Below, in pieces: positions 48,757-56,730 of a stretch of DNA of 64,000 nt. Within the stretch, counting starts at the first letter, position 1. Each line of letters starts with the position of its first letter. The translations under genes were made by a program, and so were the position numbers. The DNA is from an uncultured Treponemataceae bacterium (lineage in GTDB: Bacteria; Spirochaetota; Spirochaetia; Treponematales; UBA12059), in the NCBI GenBank assembly GCA_964485395.1, contig CAZAJF010000006.1, positions 41,195 through 105,194 on the forward strand. The letters are read 5' to 3'. The notes beneath the pieces are model-generated. The model was given only the letters and a program-made list of their open reading frames with translations. It did no database searches and was not told the origin of the DNA.

Positions 48757-48804
48757 GCCGCGTGTATTCACGCGCTGAACTTGGGTCTTCTATCGTGTGA
48801 AGGT
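48757..48804 (-). pseudogene. Decayed tRNA-Val 3' fragment (att-like scar 2)
   Basis: The sequence is GGCCGCGTGTATTCACGCGCTGAACTTGGGTCTTCTATCGTGTGAAGGT. Confidence 0.65.
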
Positions 48805-48839
48805 TCACGAAGCAGTTTAAAACTATGCATGCTTTTTAT

Positions 48840-48900
48840 GGGCGATACTGGGATCGCGTGTATTCACGCGCTGAACCAGTGACTTCTACCGTGTGAAGGT
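48840..48900 (-). pseudogene. tRNA-Val 3' two-thirds copy with an 18-nt hairpin inserted in the T-loop (scar 3)
   Basis: GGGCGATACTGGGA + TCGCGTGTATTCACGCGC + TGAACCAGTGACTTCTACCGTGTGAAGGT. Outside the insert it is identical to the intact tRNA. Confidence 0.75.
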
Positions 48901-48933
48901 TCGTCAATCGAGTTTGTAGACAACAGATTTTTT

Positions 48934-49008
48934 TGGTGGGCGATACTGGGATTGAACCAGTGACTTCTACCGTGTGAAGGTAGCACTCTCCCGCTGAGTT
49001 AATCGCCC
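48934..49008 (-). tRNA. tRNA-Val (CAC)
   Basis: The reverse complement folds as acceptor GGGCGAT/ATCGCCC, D stem ACTC/GAGT, anticodon stem CTACC/GGTAG with loop TTCACAC, and T arm ACTGG-TTCAATC-CCAGT. The discriminator is A and CCA is encoded. Length is 75 nt. Confidence 0.9.
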
Positions 49009-49045
49009 ACCAAAAAAACCGATCAAGGGAAATCGCGATTGACGC

Positions 49046-49067
49046 GCACTCTCCTGCTGAGTTAATC
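49046..49067 (-). repeat. 22-nt duplicate of the tRNA-Val D-arm region
   Basis: GCACTCTCCTGCTGAGTTAATC compares with GCACTCTCCCGCTGAGTTAATC at 48983..49004, one mismatch. Confidence 0.6.
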
Positions 49068-49312
49068 CAACGAAGTATTACCTCAACGTTTCTATATTAT
49101 CTTGCGGAGAGAGATCGTGTCAACGCAGAAGTATTTAGCGATTATTTTAGCTAGTAGTATTGCTGTATAAAAATGTGCACTAAGGTAGGATAATGACTTC
49201 TCAAGGCAGGATTCAAGTCATGCTAAGCTTTGCAACAGTATACAATTAGATAATTAAAATTTGCCAATCTTTACATGGCATGGTTATTGCATTATAAGTG
49301 CCATGAAATATT

Positions 49313-49948
49313 ATGGAGAAAATGATGAGTGATTTAACTACATTTCTTTCTGGCTTCAGAACCCGATCAACATCATTTAATCAAATATCGACAGAAATTC
49401 TACGCAAAAGCATCCATTTGCTTATTGCTCTCGTTCCAACGCTCGCGACATGGAACATGGGTTTTACCGTTGCGCTGCTGGCATCGGGGACCATCATTTA
49501 TGCCTATAGCGAAATGATGCGACTCCGCGGATTCGAGATTATTTTTATTTCTAAAATAACCGCTATGGCGGCCCGCAAGCGCGATGCGGGAAAATTCGTG
49601 CTTGGACCCGTCACACTAGGCGTTGGCGCCATGCTGGCACTCCTTCTATACCCGAATCCAGCGGCATCAATTGCCATATACGCACTTGCCTTTGGGGATG
49701 GCTTATCCAGCCTTGTAGGCAGGATCTTCGGAACCATAAAGATACCATTTACCGGCGGAAAATCCGTAGAAGGCAGCTTAACCTGCTTCGTCGCCGTGCT
49801 CTCGTCATCCTATGCCATTACCGGCGATTTTGCCAAATCGGGCTTGCTTGCCCTGGTAGCTACGTTCGTCGAGGTTCTCCCAACCAAAGACATGGACAAT
49901 ATTCTGCTTCCCGTGGTCACGGGGGTTTTCGCCGTTTTACTTTTATAG
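49313..49948 (+). CDS. Polyprenol/diacylglycerol kinase-family membrane protein (dolichol/phytol kinase-like)
   Basis: Multi-TM protein with a C-terminal block (YALAFGDGLSSLVGRIFG...GKSVEGSL) typical of the CTP-dependent kinase / cytidylyltransferase superfamily. The start may be 49322 or 49325. Confidence 0.55.
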   Translation: MEKMMSDLTTFLSGFRTRSTSFNQISTEILRKSIHLLIALVPTLATWNMGFTVALLASGTIIYAYSEMMRLRGFEIIFISKITAMAARKRDAGKFVLGPVTLGVGAMLALLLYPNPAASIAIYALAFGDGLSSLVGRIFGTIKIPFTGGKSVEGSLTCFVAVLSSSYAITGDFAKSGLLALVATFVEVLPTKDMDNILLPVVTGVFAVLLL

Positions 49949-50061
49949 GAATCATGTGCCGGATGCCATGATTCCGGACGGTAATCCGTAAAAAGGAACC
50001 CAAGGCGCCAGAGACGTAATCAGGGGAATTTTGAAGCGCTTCCTACGCAGGAAGCGCTTTT

Positions 50062-50865
50062 TTAGCGCCAAAGGTAATAAGAGTGTAGCGTCTTGAGATA
50101 AATACCGCTACCCGCAGAAAGCGCTACAAGCGAAAGAGGTCCAAAAACAAGCCCGGGGGTGATGCGCAGTAGAAGAAGAGATAGCATCGCGACGCTGATA
50201 CTGGCCGCCGCCGCAAGAAAGGTTCTATCCCTGATTACTCGGAACGCAATAAGATAATTTACGAAAACACTCCCGATCAGGATTAAGTCGAAAGCATAGA
50301 CCAACGGCGCATAGCCGCGTATCACTAAAAACCCCGGCCCCAGTTGCCCGGTATTAAGAGGCTGGATGGACGCAAAAAACAATGCAACCGAAACGGTAAC
50401 GATAAAGGCAGTGAGAATCCTTTCCTGCTTGAAGCCAAGCGAAAAAAGGCTAGCCACGAAAACGGCGAGAGAACCGACATATCTGCCAAACATTACAAAG
50501 CGCGTAATCGCGGCGACAGAGGCAATTCCGGCACCCTGACTGCTCAACCACACGATAACAATCCGGCCAAGCTCAAATGACAGACTTGCACACCATAGAG
50601 AAAAGAAAAAAATCTCCGCAGACGCGTTCCTGCCCATTCGAAAGGCTATAAGACCTAAAAATACCGACGAGACAGCAAAGCACGAAAAAATAGAAAATAT
50701 TCCTGAGAGAAAGCTGGCCGACGTAGTATCGGGAAAGACAGAGTGCCTGAACGCATCCAAGGTATCGAATCCCATGCTAACCATAAAAAAAATTCCGCCC
50801 AGCAAGGCGAAAATAGCCAAAATGAAAAAAACATAGTATAATCGCTGACGTAGTTTTACGGTCAT
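50062..50865 (-). CDS. Hypothetical integral membrane protein (about 8 TM)
   Basis: 267 aa, hydrophobic throughout, no motif recognised. Confidence 0.5.
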   Translation of the reverse strand: MTVKLRQRLYYVFFILAIFALLGGIFFMVSMGFDTLDAFRHSVFPDTTSASFLSGIFSIFSCFAVSSVFLGLIAFRMGRNASAEIFFFSLWCASLSFELGRIVIVWLSSQGAGIASVAAITRFVMFGRYVGSLAVFVASLFSLGFKQERILTAFIVTVSVALFFASIQPLNTGQLGPGFLVIRGYAPLVYAFDLILIGSVFVNYLIAFRVIRDRTFLAAAASISVAMLSLLLLRITPGLVFGPLSLVALSAGSGIYLKTLHSYYLWR

Positions 50866-50985
50866 GCGCTTAGACTAGCGCGCTTTGAACTTTAACTCAA
50901 GACCGCATGCCAAACGCCGATGTTTATAGAAGTAAAAGGTTTCGGCAGACGCTAGCCTGCAGCCTATACGATCGGAGACGTACAT

Positions 50986-51675
50986 ATGAAGAAATGGATA
51001 CTTCTTGTCAGTTTGGGCATCGCACTACTCTCCACGGCTTTTGCCGGGGATTTGCCGACTTTGGTCAATCTTGGATTCTCTTCGGACTCCAGCTGTTTCA
51101 TGTTCGGGTTTTACGGAATTGACGCGGCTTCAAGCAAACCGTACGCGGAGATATATCTCGTAGACACCAAAAAAAACAACTTCGTAACCGGCGGCATCTT
51201 CAGGGGAATGTATGGCGCCAGCCTTGAACCTGGATGGAATGCCTCCGGCGCGTTTTTCAGGCTTTTCGCGGATGCCAACGCACAATCCAGGAAATATGCG
51301 ATCGATCATTTGGCGCAGGGCAGGCTTACCTACCTTCTGGTAAACGGAGCCGAAGATCCCGATAAAATATCATTCCGCGATTTCAAGGATTCATCCCAAT
51401 GGGACGTAGCGCTCAAGGAAGTCGTCGAGGAAAAAGCAGGGTCGCTGACATCGTCCTTCAGTATCGAATATAGCATCATCGGTACGGACGGGAAAAAAAC
51501 CAGCGGCACGTTGGGAAATCCGAAGATCAAGCGGAACAACGTGAAAAATTATACGATAAACCAGATAATCCTTGGGCCGGATGAAAAAACCCTTATCTTT
51601 ATCATAGAAAAAATAGAGAAAAATCCAAACGGACCCGCCATAAGCTATATGGTTGAGACTTGCAAGCTACCTTGA
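50986..51675 (+). CDS. Hypothetical secreted protein (DUF2259-like, from memory)
   Basis: The signal peptide is MKKWILLVSLGIALLSTAFA, followed by LGFSSDSSCFMFGFYG. Confidence 0.45.
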   Translation: MKKWILLVSLGIALLSTAFAGDLPTLVNLGFSSDSSCFMFGFYGIDAASSKPYAEIYLVDTKKNNFVTGGIFRGMYGASLEPGWNASGAFFRLFADANAQSRKYAIDHLAQGRLTYLLVNGAEDPDKISFRDFKDSSQWDVALKEVVEEKAGSLTSSFSIEYSIIGTDGKKTSGTLGNPKIKRNNVKNYTINQIILGPDEKTLIFIIEKIEKNPNGPAISYMVETCKLP

Positions 51676-51737
51676 ATCCGTTCTTGACGCGTTATTGAAA
51701 CGTAGCGCCCTTTAGGCTATCATGCACTCATCAGAAA

Positions 51738-51768
51738 CACCGACCCTTCCGTGGGTCGGCGTTTTTTA
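51738..51768 (+). terminator. Rho-independent terminator
   Basis: CCGACCC-TTCCGT-GGGTCGG followed by CGTTTTTTATT. Confidence 0.7.
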
Positions 51769-51809
51769 TTCAGTATGCGGACGGAGCTCCGCCCAGAAGA
51801 GGTACGAAA

Positions 51810-53306
51810 ATGGCAGACAAGATCACCCCCCGGAGCGTCGATTACTCGCAGTGGTATATCGACATCGTCCTGAACGCGAAACTCGCGGACTACTCGCCGG
51901 TCAAGGGATCCATGGTCATTCGGCCTCGGGGCTACGCGATATGGGAACGCCTGCGCGACGAGCTTGACCGCAGATTCAAGGAAACAGGCCACGAGAATGC
52001 CTACTTCCCGATGCTCATACCCATGAGCTTCCTGAAAAAGGAAGCTCAGCACGTGGAGGGATTCGCGCCCGAGCTGGCCGTCGTTACCCACGCGGGCGGC
52101 GAGGAACTGGACGAACCGCTGGTCGTGCGCCCGACTTCCGAGACTATCATCTGGGCGAAGTACCGCGAGTGGATACAGTCCTACCGCGACCTGCCCCTCC
52201 TCTACAACCAATGGGCCAACGTGGTCCGCTGGGAGAAGCGCACGCGCCTGTTCCTGCGCACCTCGGAATTCCTCTGGCAGGAAGGCCATACCGCGCACGA
52301 GACGAGCAAGGAAGCCGTAGCCGAGACGGAGCAGATGCTCGAGGTATACCGCAAATTCGCCGAGGAATACCTCTGCCTGCCCGTTATCGCCGGCAAGAAG
52401 AGCGAATCAGAAAAATTCGCGGGCGCCATAGATACGTACTCTATAGAAGCCATGATGCAGGACAAGAAAGCCTTGCAGGCCGGCACGAGCCATTTCCTTG
52501 GCCAGAATTTCGCCAAAGCCTTTGACGTGCAGTTCCAGACCCGCGAGGGTGGGCTCGACTACGTGTGGGCCACCAGCTGGGGCGTTTCGACGCGCCTCAT
52601 CGGTGCCGTTATAATGACGCACTCAGACGACAAGGGGCTCGTGGTTCCCCCGTCGCTGGCGCAGCACGAGCTCGTAGTCGTCCCTATATTCAAGAACGAA
52701 AACAAAGCGGACGTGCTCGCCTACTCTGACAAGGTCGTCGCCGCCCTCAAGGCTTCGGGCCGTCGCGTGGCCTACGATACCGACGATAACTCAAGTCCCG
52801 GCTGGAAGTTCGCCGAGTGGGAAATGCGCGGCGTGCCCATACGCGTGGAAGCCGGCCCCAAGGACGCGGCCGCCGGCACCGTGGTGATGGTACGCCGCGA
52901 TACCGGTGAAAAAGCCTTCGTCAATGTGGCAGAAGTTCCGGCAAAGGCCGCGGAGCTGCTGGCGGCGATCCAGAAAAACCTTCTGGATCGGGCACGCGCC
53001 TTCCGCGACGCCAATACCAAAGACGTGGAAAATTACGACGAGATGCTCGCCTTCTTCGGCAAGGATAAAAAAGCCAAGGCAAGCGACGCGGCGGACGGCG
53101 AGGACCACGAGGGAACGGCTACGGCTACCGGCGGATTCGCAAGAGGCCTGTGGTGCGGCGGACGCGAGTGCGAAGCCAAGCTTAAGCTGGAAAAAAAGGT
53201 AACAATCCGCAATATGCCCTTCGACCAACAGGAAGGCATAAGCGGCTCCTGCTGCCTCTGCGGCGCATCCGCAAAGCACAGAGCCATATTCGCGAAGTCA
53301 TACTGA
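51810..53306 (+). CDS. proS: Proline--tRNA ligase (archaeal/eukaryote-like type)
   Basis: [34 protein letters not shown] is the characteristic N-terminus. Class II motifs are present, and the C-terminal Zn-binding tail has CCLCG. Confidence 0.9.
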   Translation: MADKITPRSVDYSQWYIDIVLNAKLADYSPVKGSMVIRPRGYAIWERLRDELDRRFKETGHENAYFPMLIPMSFLKKEAQHVEGFAPELAVVTHAGGEELDEPLVVRPTSETIIWAKYREWIQSYRDLPLLYNQWANVVRWEKRTRLFLRTSEFLWQEGHTAHETSKEAVAETEQMLEVYRKFAEEYLCLPVIAGKKSESEKFAGAIDTYSIEAMMQDKKALQAGTSHFLGQNFAKAFDVQFQTREGGLDYVWATSWGVSTRLIGAVIMTHSDDKGLVVPPSLAQHELVVVPIFKNENKADVLAYSDKVVAALKASGRRVAYDTDDNSSPGWKFAEWEMRGVPIRVEAGPKDAAAGTVVMVRRDTGEKAFVNVAEVPAKAAELLAAIQKNLLDRARAFRDANTKDVENYDEMLAFFGKDKKAKASDAADGEDHEGTATATGGFARGLWCGGRECEAKLKLEKKVTIRNMPFDQQEGISGSCCLCGASAKHRAIFAKSY

Positions 53307-53642
53307 CGAAAAGCGCGAAAAGACTTTTATAAAAAGGCGGTTGACGGGGTCCTGTCGTTGAAAAGGCATGCGCGGCTTATCGCCGGGCGCGTCCTGCTTA
53401 TGGCAGGATGGCCTTTTTGGTGCCGCCCCGACGACTGCCTGTTTATAAAGGATCAGCAGTTTGGTTATATCGTATGACAACCCTCTATCTGTTATATAAA
53501 AATTGACTTACTATTTCCTTATCCCTCCTTTTCCTCTGTGACTCTGTGTCTCTGTGGTAAGATTTTCCATAGCGGATACTCACTACCGCTTATTTTCCTG
53601 CCGAAACTCATAGAGACGTCTGACCCGTAATAAAGGAAATCC

Positions 53643-54800
53643 ATGAGCTCGACAACTTTGATTATACGGCCTAAAAAAACGATCCTTCCGGCGCTATTAC
53701 TCCTATCGATTCCCTTGGCATGCGCGTTTTTATCATGCGCGCCAAAACCGAAGCCGGTACCGGAAGTGCCAGTCGCGCTTCCCGGATTCGAACTGCCGCC
53801 GGGAGGAACCCTGTGGCTTGCCCTATCGCCCGAGGGCTCGTACGTTCCATGGCCTTTGCCCGAATCCGCCGACGGCAGCGCGGAAACCTTGCCGTCTAAT
53901 TTCGCGGTTCACATGGGCCCCGCGGCGATTGAGCCTCTGCCAAACGGCGGCGCGATTCTGGCCAGCAACCGCTCGGGCCTCCACTTCATCGAGCTTGCCA
54001 AGCAGTCTTCGCCGGAAGCATCCGGCCAAAATCCTCGATTCATATTTACGCCCGTGACCTCCGCGGACGGGTCATTCGCCAAAAGAACGGTAGCCGGTTC
54101 CTGGCTTTTTAACGGCAAGGCCATGGTGCTCCTTAACAGGAACCCGATTTTCGAGACGGAACCTTTCGAGGCCCCCGGTTATTCTTTTATCTCCGCCGAC
54201 AGGAATGGGTCGACACTCTGGAGTTTGCCCGGAACCGCGCCGACGGAAACCGCCGACGCAGGCATCTTCTCGGTATACGCCTGCTACGCTCGATCACCGG
54301 ACTCATGGGCGGTACAGCTGCGCAAGGATAGCGACGAACGCGTGGATATGCTCTACGAACAATGGTCGCCGGGAAGCGGGAAGCGCTCCGATATCGGGAG
54401 GGAAGCCTTCGAGAAAAGCGTAAAACCCGCTGGCATGGCGCGCGCTCCTGAAACCCTGCAGGAGCTCGCAGGCTTGGTAAACGGCGCGATTATCGTAAGC
54501 TGCCGGATGGAAGACGGTTCCAGGAGCGCCTTTACGCAAGGGAACGCGGGAAACGAGGATTCACTGAACGCCTATGCCCAAATCGGCACCGGCGGCACCC
54601 TGCTCGTTATCGAAGACGGCAGGGCGATGTACAAGAATAAATCTCTGCCCGTGCGCAACTTCTCGATTCCACGCGCCTTGCCGGACGCCACGATACGCGA
54701 TGCGGCCCTTGTAGACGGCGTACTGGTGGTAATTTGGGAGGAAGACCTGTTTCCCGACGTGGGCGACTGCGGCTTGCTGATTTTTAACCTTGGGCTATGA
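53643..54800 (+). CDS. Hypothetical lipoprotein
   Basis: Signal peptide LLLLSIPLACAFLSC. Confidence 0.5.
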   Translation: MSSTTLIIRPKKTILPALLLLSIPLACAFLSCAPKPKPVPEVPVALPGFELPPGGTLWLALSPEGSYVPWPLPESADGSAETLPSNFAVHMGPAAIEPLPNGGAILASNRSGLHFIELAKQSSPEASGQNPRFIFTPVTSADGSFAKRTVAGSWLFNGKAMVLLNRNPIFETEPFEAPGYSFISADRNGSTLWSLPGTAPTETADAGIFSVYACYARSPDSWAVQLRKDSDERVDMLYEQWSPGSGKRSDIGREAFEKSVKPAGMARAPETLQELAGLVNGAIIVSCRMEDGSRSAFTQGNAGNEDSLNAYAQIGTGGTLLVIEDGRAMYKNKSLPVRNFSIPRALPDATIRDAALVDGVLVVIWEEDLFPDVGDCGLLIFNLGL

Positions 54801-54834
54801 AAAATCCCGACGGAGCGATATAGTTTATAGCACC

Positions 54835-55527
54835 ATGAAACGATATCTCGCGATTACCGTCTGCGCGCTCATCGCACTGCACAATCTTGCGGCCTTCGAT
54901 ATAGAGGCCGCTACCGGGCGTTTCGGCGTAGATATTCTGAACAGCGATGTACCCGGAATAATCCTGGCTCCAAGCCCGGTTATGAACACCTTGGGCGGCA
55001 GCGCGATTTTTTCGTTCAAAGAGGGTTTTTTCCTTACTTTTGAACCGGGATTGGACCTGTTTTGGACCAACTATGAAAATCTTGATGGACGCGCCGTTCC
55101 AACCGAAACCGACCGGGGTGCCGGTAATAACGTATTCGTACTTGGATTTTTACTGGATATTCCGCTCACCGCTACCGTTCGGTTTGGACCTTCGGTGAGC
55201 GAAGCTCTGCCGCACCGGTTTGCCGTGGCATTCTCGCTGGGGCCGGCGTTTGTATTGCGTACCGTATTTAAAAACGACCTGACCATCGGCACCGAAACCG
55301 CGATGGCTGCCAATCAGCAAGCCATCATCGATTATTTTTGGGCGCAAGGCAGATGGTTCTACCCAGCCGCCGGCATACGCTTCGAGATTGCATTGCAGGA
55401 ACGATTCAATTTTTTGATAGGCGTGCGCGAGTTCCTTCCGATTTTCAACGGTTGGACGAACACGACGCCCTTCCTGGACCACAACATGCTTCATATAATA
55501 ATCAGCATGCGCGTTAAACTTAAATAA
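54835..55527 (+). CDS. Hypothetical secreted / outer-membrane beta-barrel-like protein
   Basis: ATG at 54835 opens MKRYLAITVCALIALHNLAA. The body has an alternating hydrophobic pattern. Confidence 0.4.
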   Translation: MKRYLAITVCALIALHNLAAFDIEAATGRFGVDILNSDVPGIILAPSPVMNTLGGSAIFSFKEGFFLTFEPGLDLFWTNYENLDGRAVPTETDRGAGNNVFVLGFLLDIPLTATVRFGPSVSEALPHRFAVAFSLGPAFVLRTVFKNDLTIGTETAMAANQQAIIDYFWAQGRWFYPAAGIRFEIALQERFNFLIGVREFLPIFNGWTNTTPFLDHNMLHIIISMRVKLK

Positions 55528-55544
55528 CGACTCTCCGCCCCGTC

Positions 55545-56216
55545 TCAGCGGGCCGGAAGAATCGCCATTATGGCAAAAAAGTGAAGAATGGTTCCTGCCG
55601 CCACGAATACATGCCACACGGGATGCGTCCAGACTGATTTCTTGATGAGGTAGAAAAGCGACCCCGCGGTGTAGGCCACGCCGCCGGCGATGATAAACCA
55701 GAGTGTCGTTGGGCTGGCCGCCGCTACGAGCGGTTTCCAGGCGAATACTACGACCCAGCCCATCAGCACATATGCAATCGTGGAAACGAACCGGGCTTTA
55801 CCCAATAAAAACGGCTTCAAGGCGATTCCGATAATCGCGGCGCCCCAAACGACGCCAAAAATCCACCAGCCTACCGTGGGCCTTAAAATCGTCAGGGAAA
55901 ATGGAGTATAGGTCCCGGCTATCAGGATATATATAGAAGAATGGTCAAAAATGCGCAGTATCCGCTTGGCTTTCGTAAACGGAATCGCATGATACAGCGT
56001 AGACATCGTGTAGAGCATCAGCGATGACACGCCGAAGACCGTAAAGGAAACGATGTGCCACACGTCTCCCCGTAAAACCGAGGAAATTACCAGGACGACA
56101 AGCCCGGCTATGGATAAAAGCACGCCGAGCCCATGTGTGATTGAATTGGCTATTTCTTGGCCGACAGGGTACGGTTTAAGTATAGCTCCGGTGTCGGTTA
56201 GCGATTTTGCATGCAT
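55545..56216 (-). CDS. Hemolysin III / PAQR-family membrane protein
   Basis: Seven TM segments with motifs NSITHG, LYHA and FDHSSIYILIAGTYTPF. Confidence 0.85.
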   Translation of the reverse strand: MHAKSLTDTGAILKPYPVGQEIANSITHGLGVLLSIAGLVVLVISSVLRGDVWHIVSFTVFGVSSLMLYTMSTLYHAIPFTKAKRILRIFDHSSIYILIAGTYTPFSLTILRPTVGWWIFGVVWGAAIIGIALKPFLLGKARFVSTIAYVLMGWVVVFAWKPLVAAASPTTLWFIIAGGVAYTAGSLFYLIKKSVWTHPVWHVFVAAGTILHFFAIMAILPAR

Positions 56217-56342
56217 ATGCGGGACCTCTTTCGCTTACATTGATTAGCTGTCATCTATTAAAACCTTCTCGGTTTTGCACGGTGACATTGCATGAACTCA
56301 AGTTTTGTTCGTAAGTTAGACAAGCTGATAATTGCTTGGTTG

Positions 56343-56378
56343 CAATAAAAACAGGGTGCCGGCCCTGGCACCCTGTTT
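56343..56378 (-). terminator. Rho-independent terminator (minus strand)
   Basis: On the minus strand AAACAGGGTGCC-AGGGCC-GGCACCCTGTTT is followed by TTATT. Confidence 0.65.
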
Positions 56379-56465
56379 CCATGATTTTAGATTATTTCTA
56401 TATAACAATATTTTCTACTCTGTCTTTTTAACTGATTTTACCTGCAACTTTTTTTACCAACCTTG
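56343..56465 (-). ncRNA. Candidate sigma-54-dependent small RNA (~120 nt)
   Basis: It is bounded by a consensus sigma-54 promoter (56474..56492, minus) and a minus-strand intrinsic terminator (stem 56349..56378, then TTTTTATT). It is AU-rich with no convincing ORF. Confidence 0.45.
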
Positions 56466-56473
56466 CTTCTTAT

Positions 56474-56492
56474 AAAGCAAGAAACGTGCCAA
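56474..56492 (-). promoter_or_regulatory. Sigma-54 (-24/-12) promoter
   Basis: The minus strand reads TTGGCACGTTTCTTGCTTT. This is an exact match to TGGCAC-N5-TTGC with correct GG/GC spacing. Confidence 0.6.
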
Positions 56493-56581
56493 AATGGTGG
56501 AATTTCTATTTATTTTAATTCGTTTCTATATAAAGAATTATTTTCTGCAATTAGTTTAAAAAACAAGCATTAAAAACCAAA

Positions 56582-56701
56582 GGGTGTGCACAATTCTATT
56601 ATATTTTTTGAAAAGACAAGACATATAGCAAGTATATCCTTATAATATATATACTTATATATTAGCTATATATGTACACAGCAGTGCATTAATGCACACC
56701 C
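56582..56701. promoter_or_regulatory. Candidate enhancer (UAS) sites for the NtrC-type activator
   Basis: GGGTGTGCA at 56582..56590 and its inverted copy TGCACACCC at 56693..56701, plus the perfect palindrome GTGCATTAATGCAC at 56684..56697. They lie ~95-210 bp upstream of the sigma-54 promoter. Confidence 0.35.
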
Positions 56702-56730
56702 CTAAAGCTAGAATAAAAAAGATTCAGCCA

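Larger units (their letters stand above)
48503..48804 (+). repeat. Right copy of the ~303 bp direct repeat
   Basis: See 23467..23770. It contains a displaced tRNA-Met 3' end (GAGTCCTACCCTTGCAA), a terminator copy and tRNA-Val scar 2. Confidence 0.85.

Noticed and set aside
48626-48808. A 60-aa ORF lies inside the right direct repeat.
   Set aside because: It lies in non-coding repeat sequence that includes the tRNA-Val scar. The left repeat copy does not conserve the frame.
56366-56381. TGGCACCCTGTTTCC on the + strand could be another sigma-54 promoter.
   Set aside because: The -12 element is TTCC rather than TTGC, and the sequence is simply the descending arm of the minus-strand terminator hairpin.
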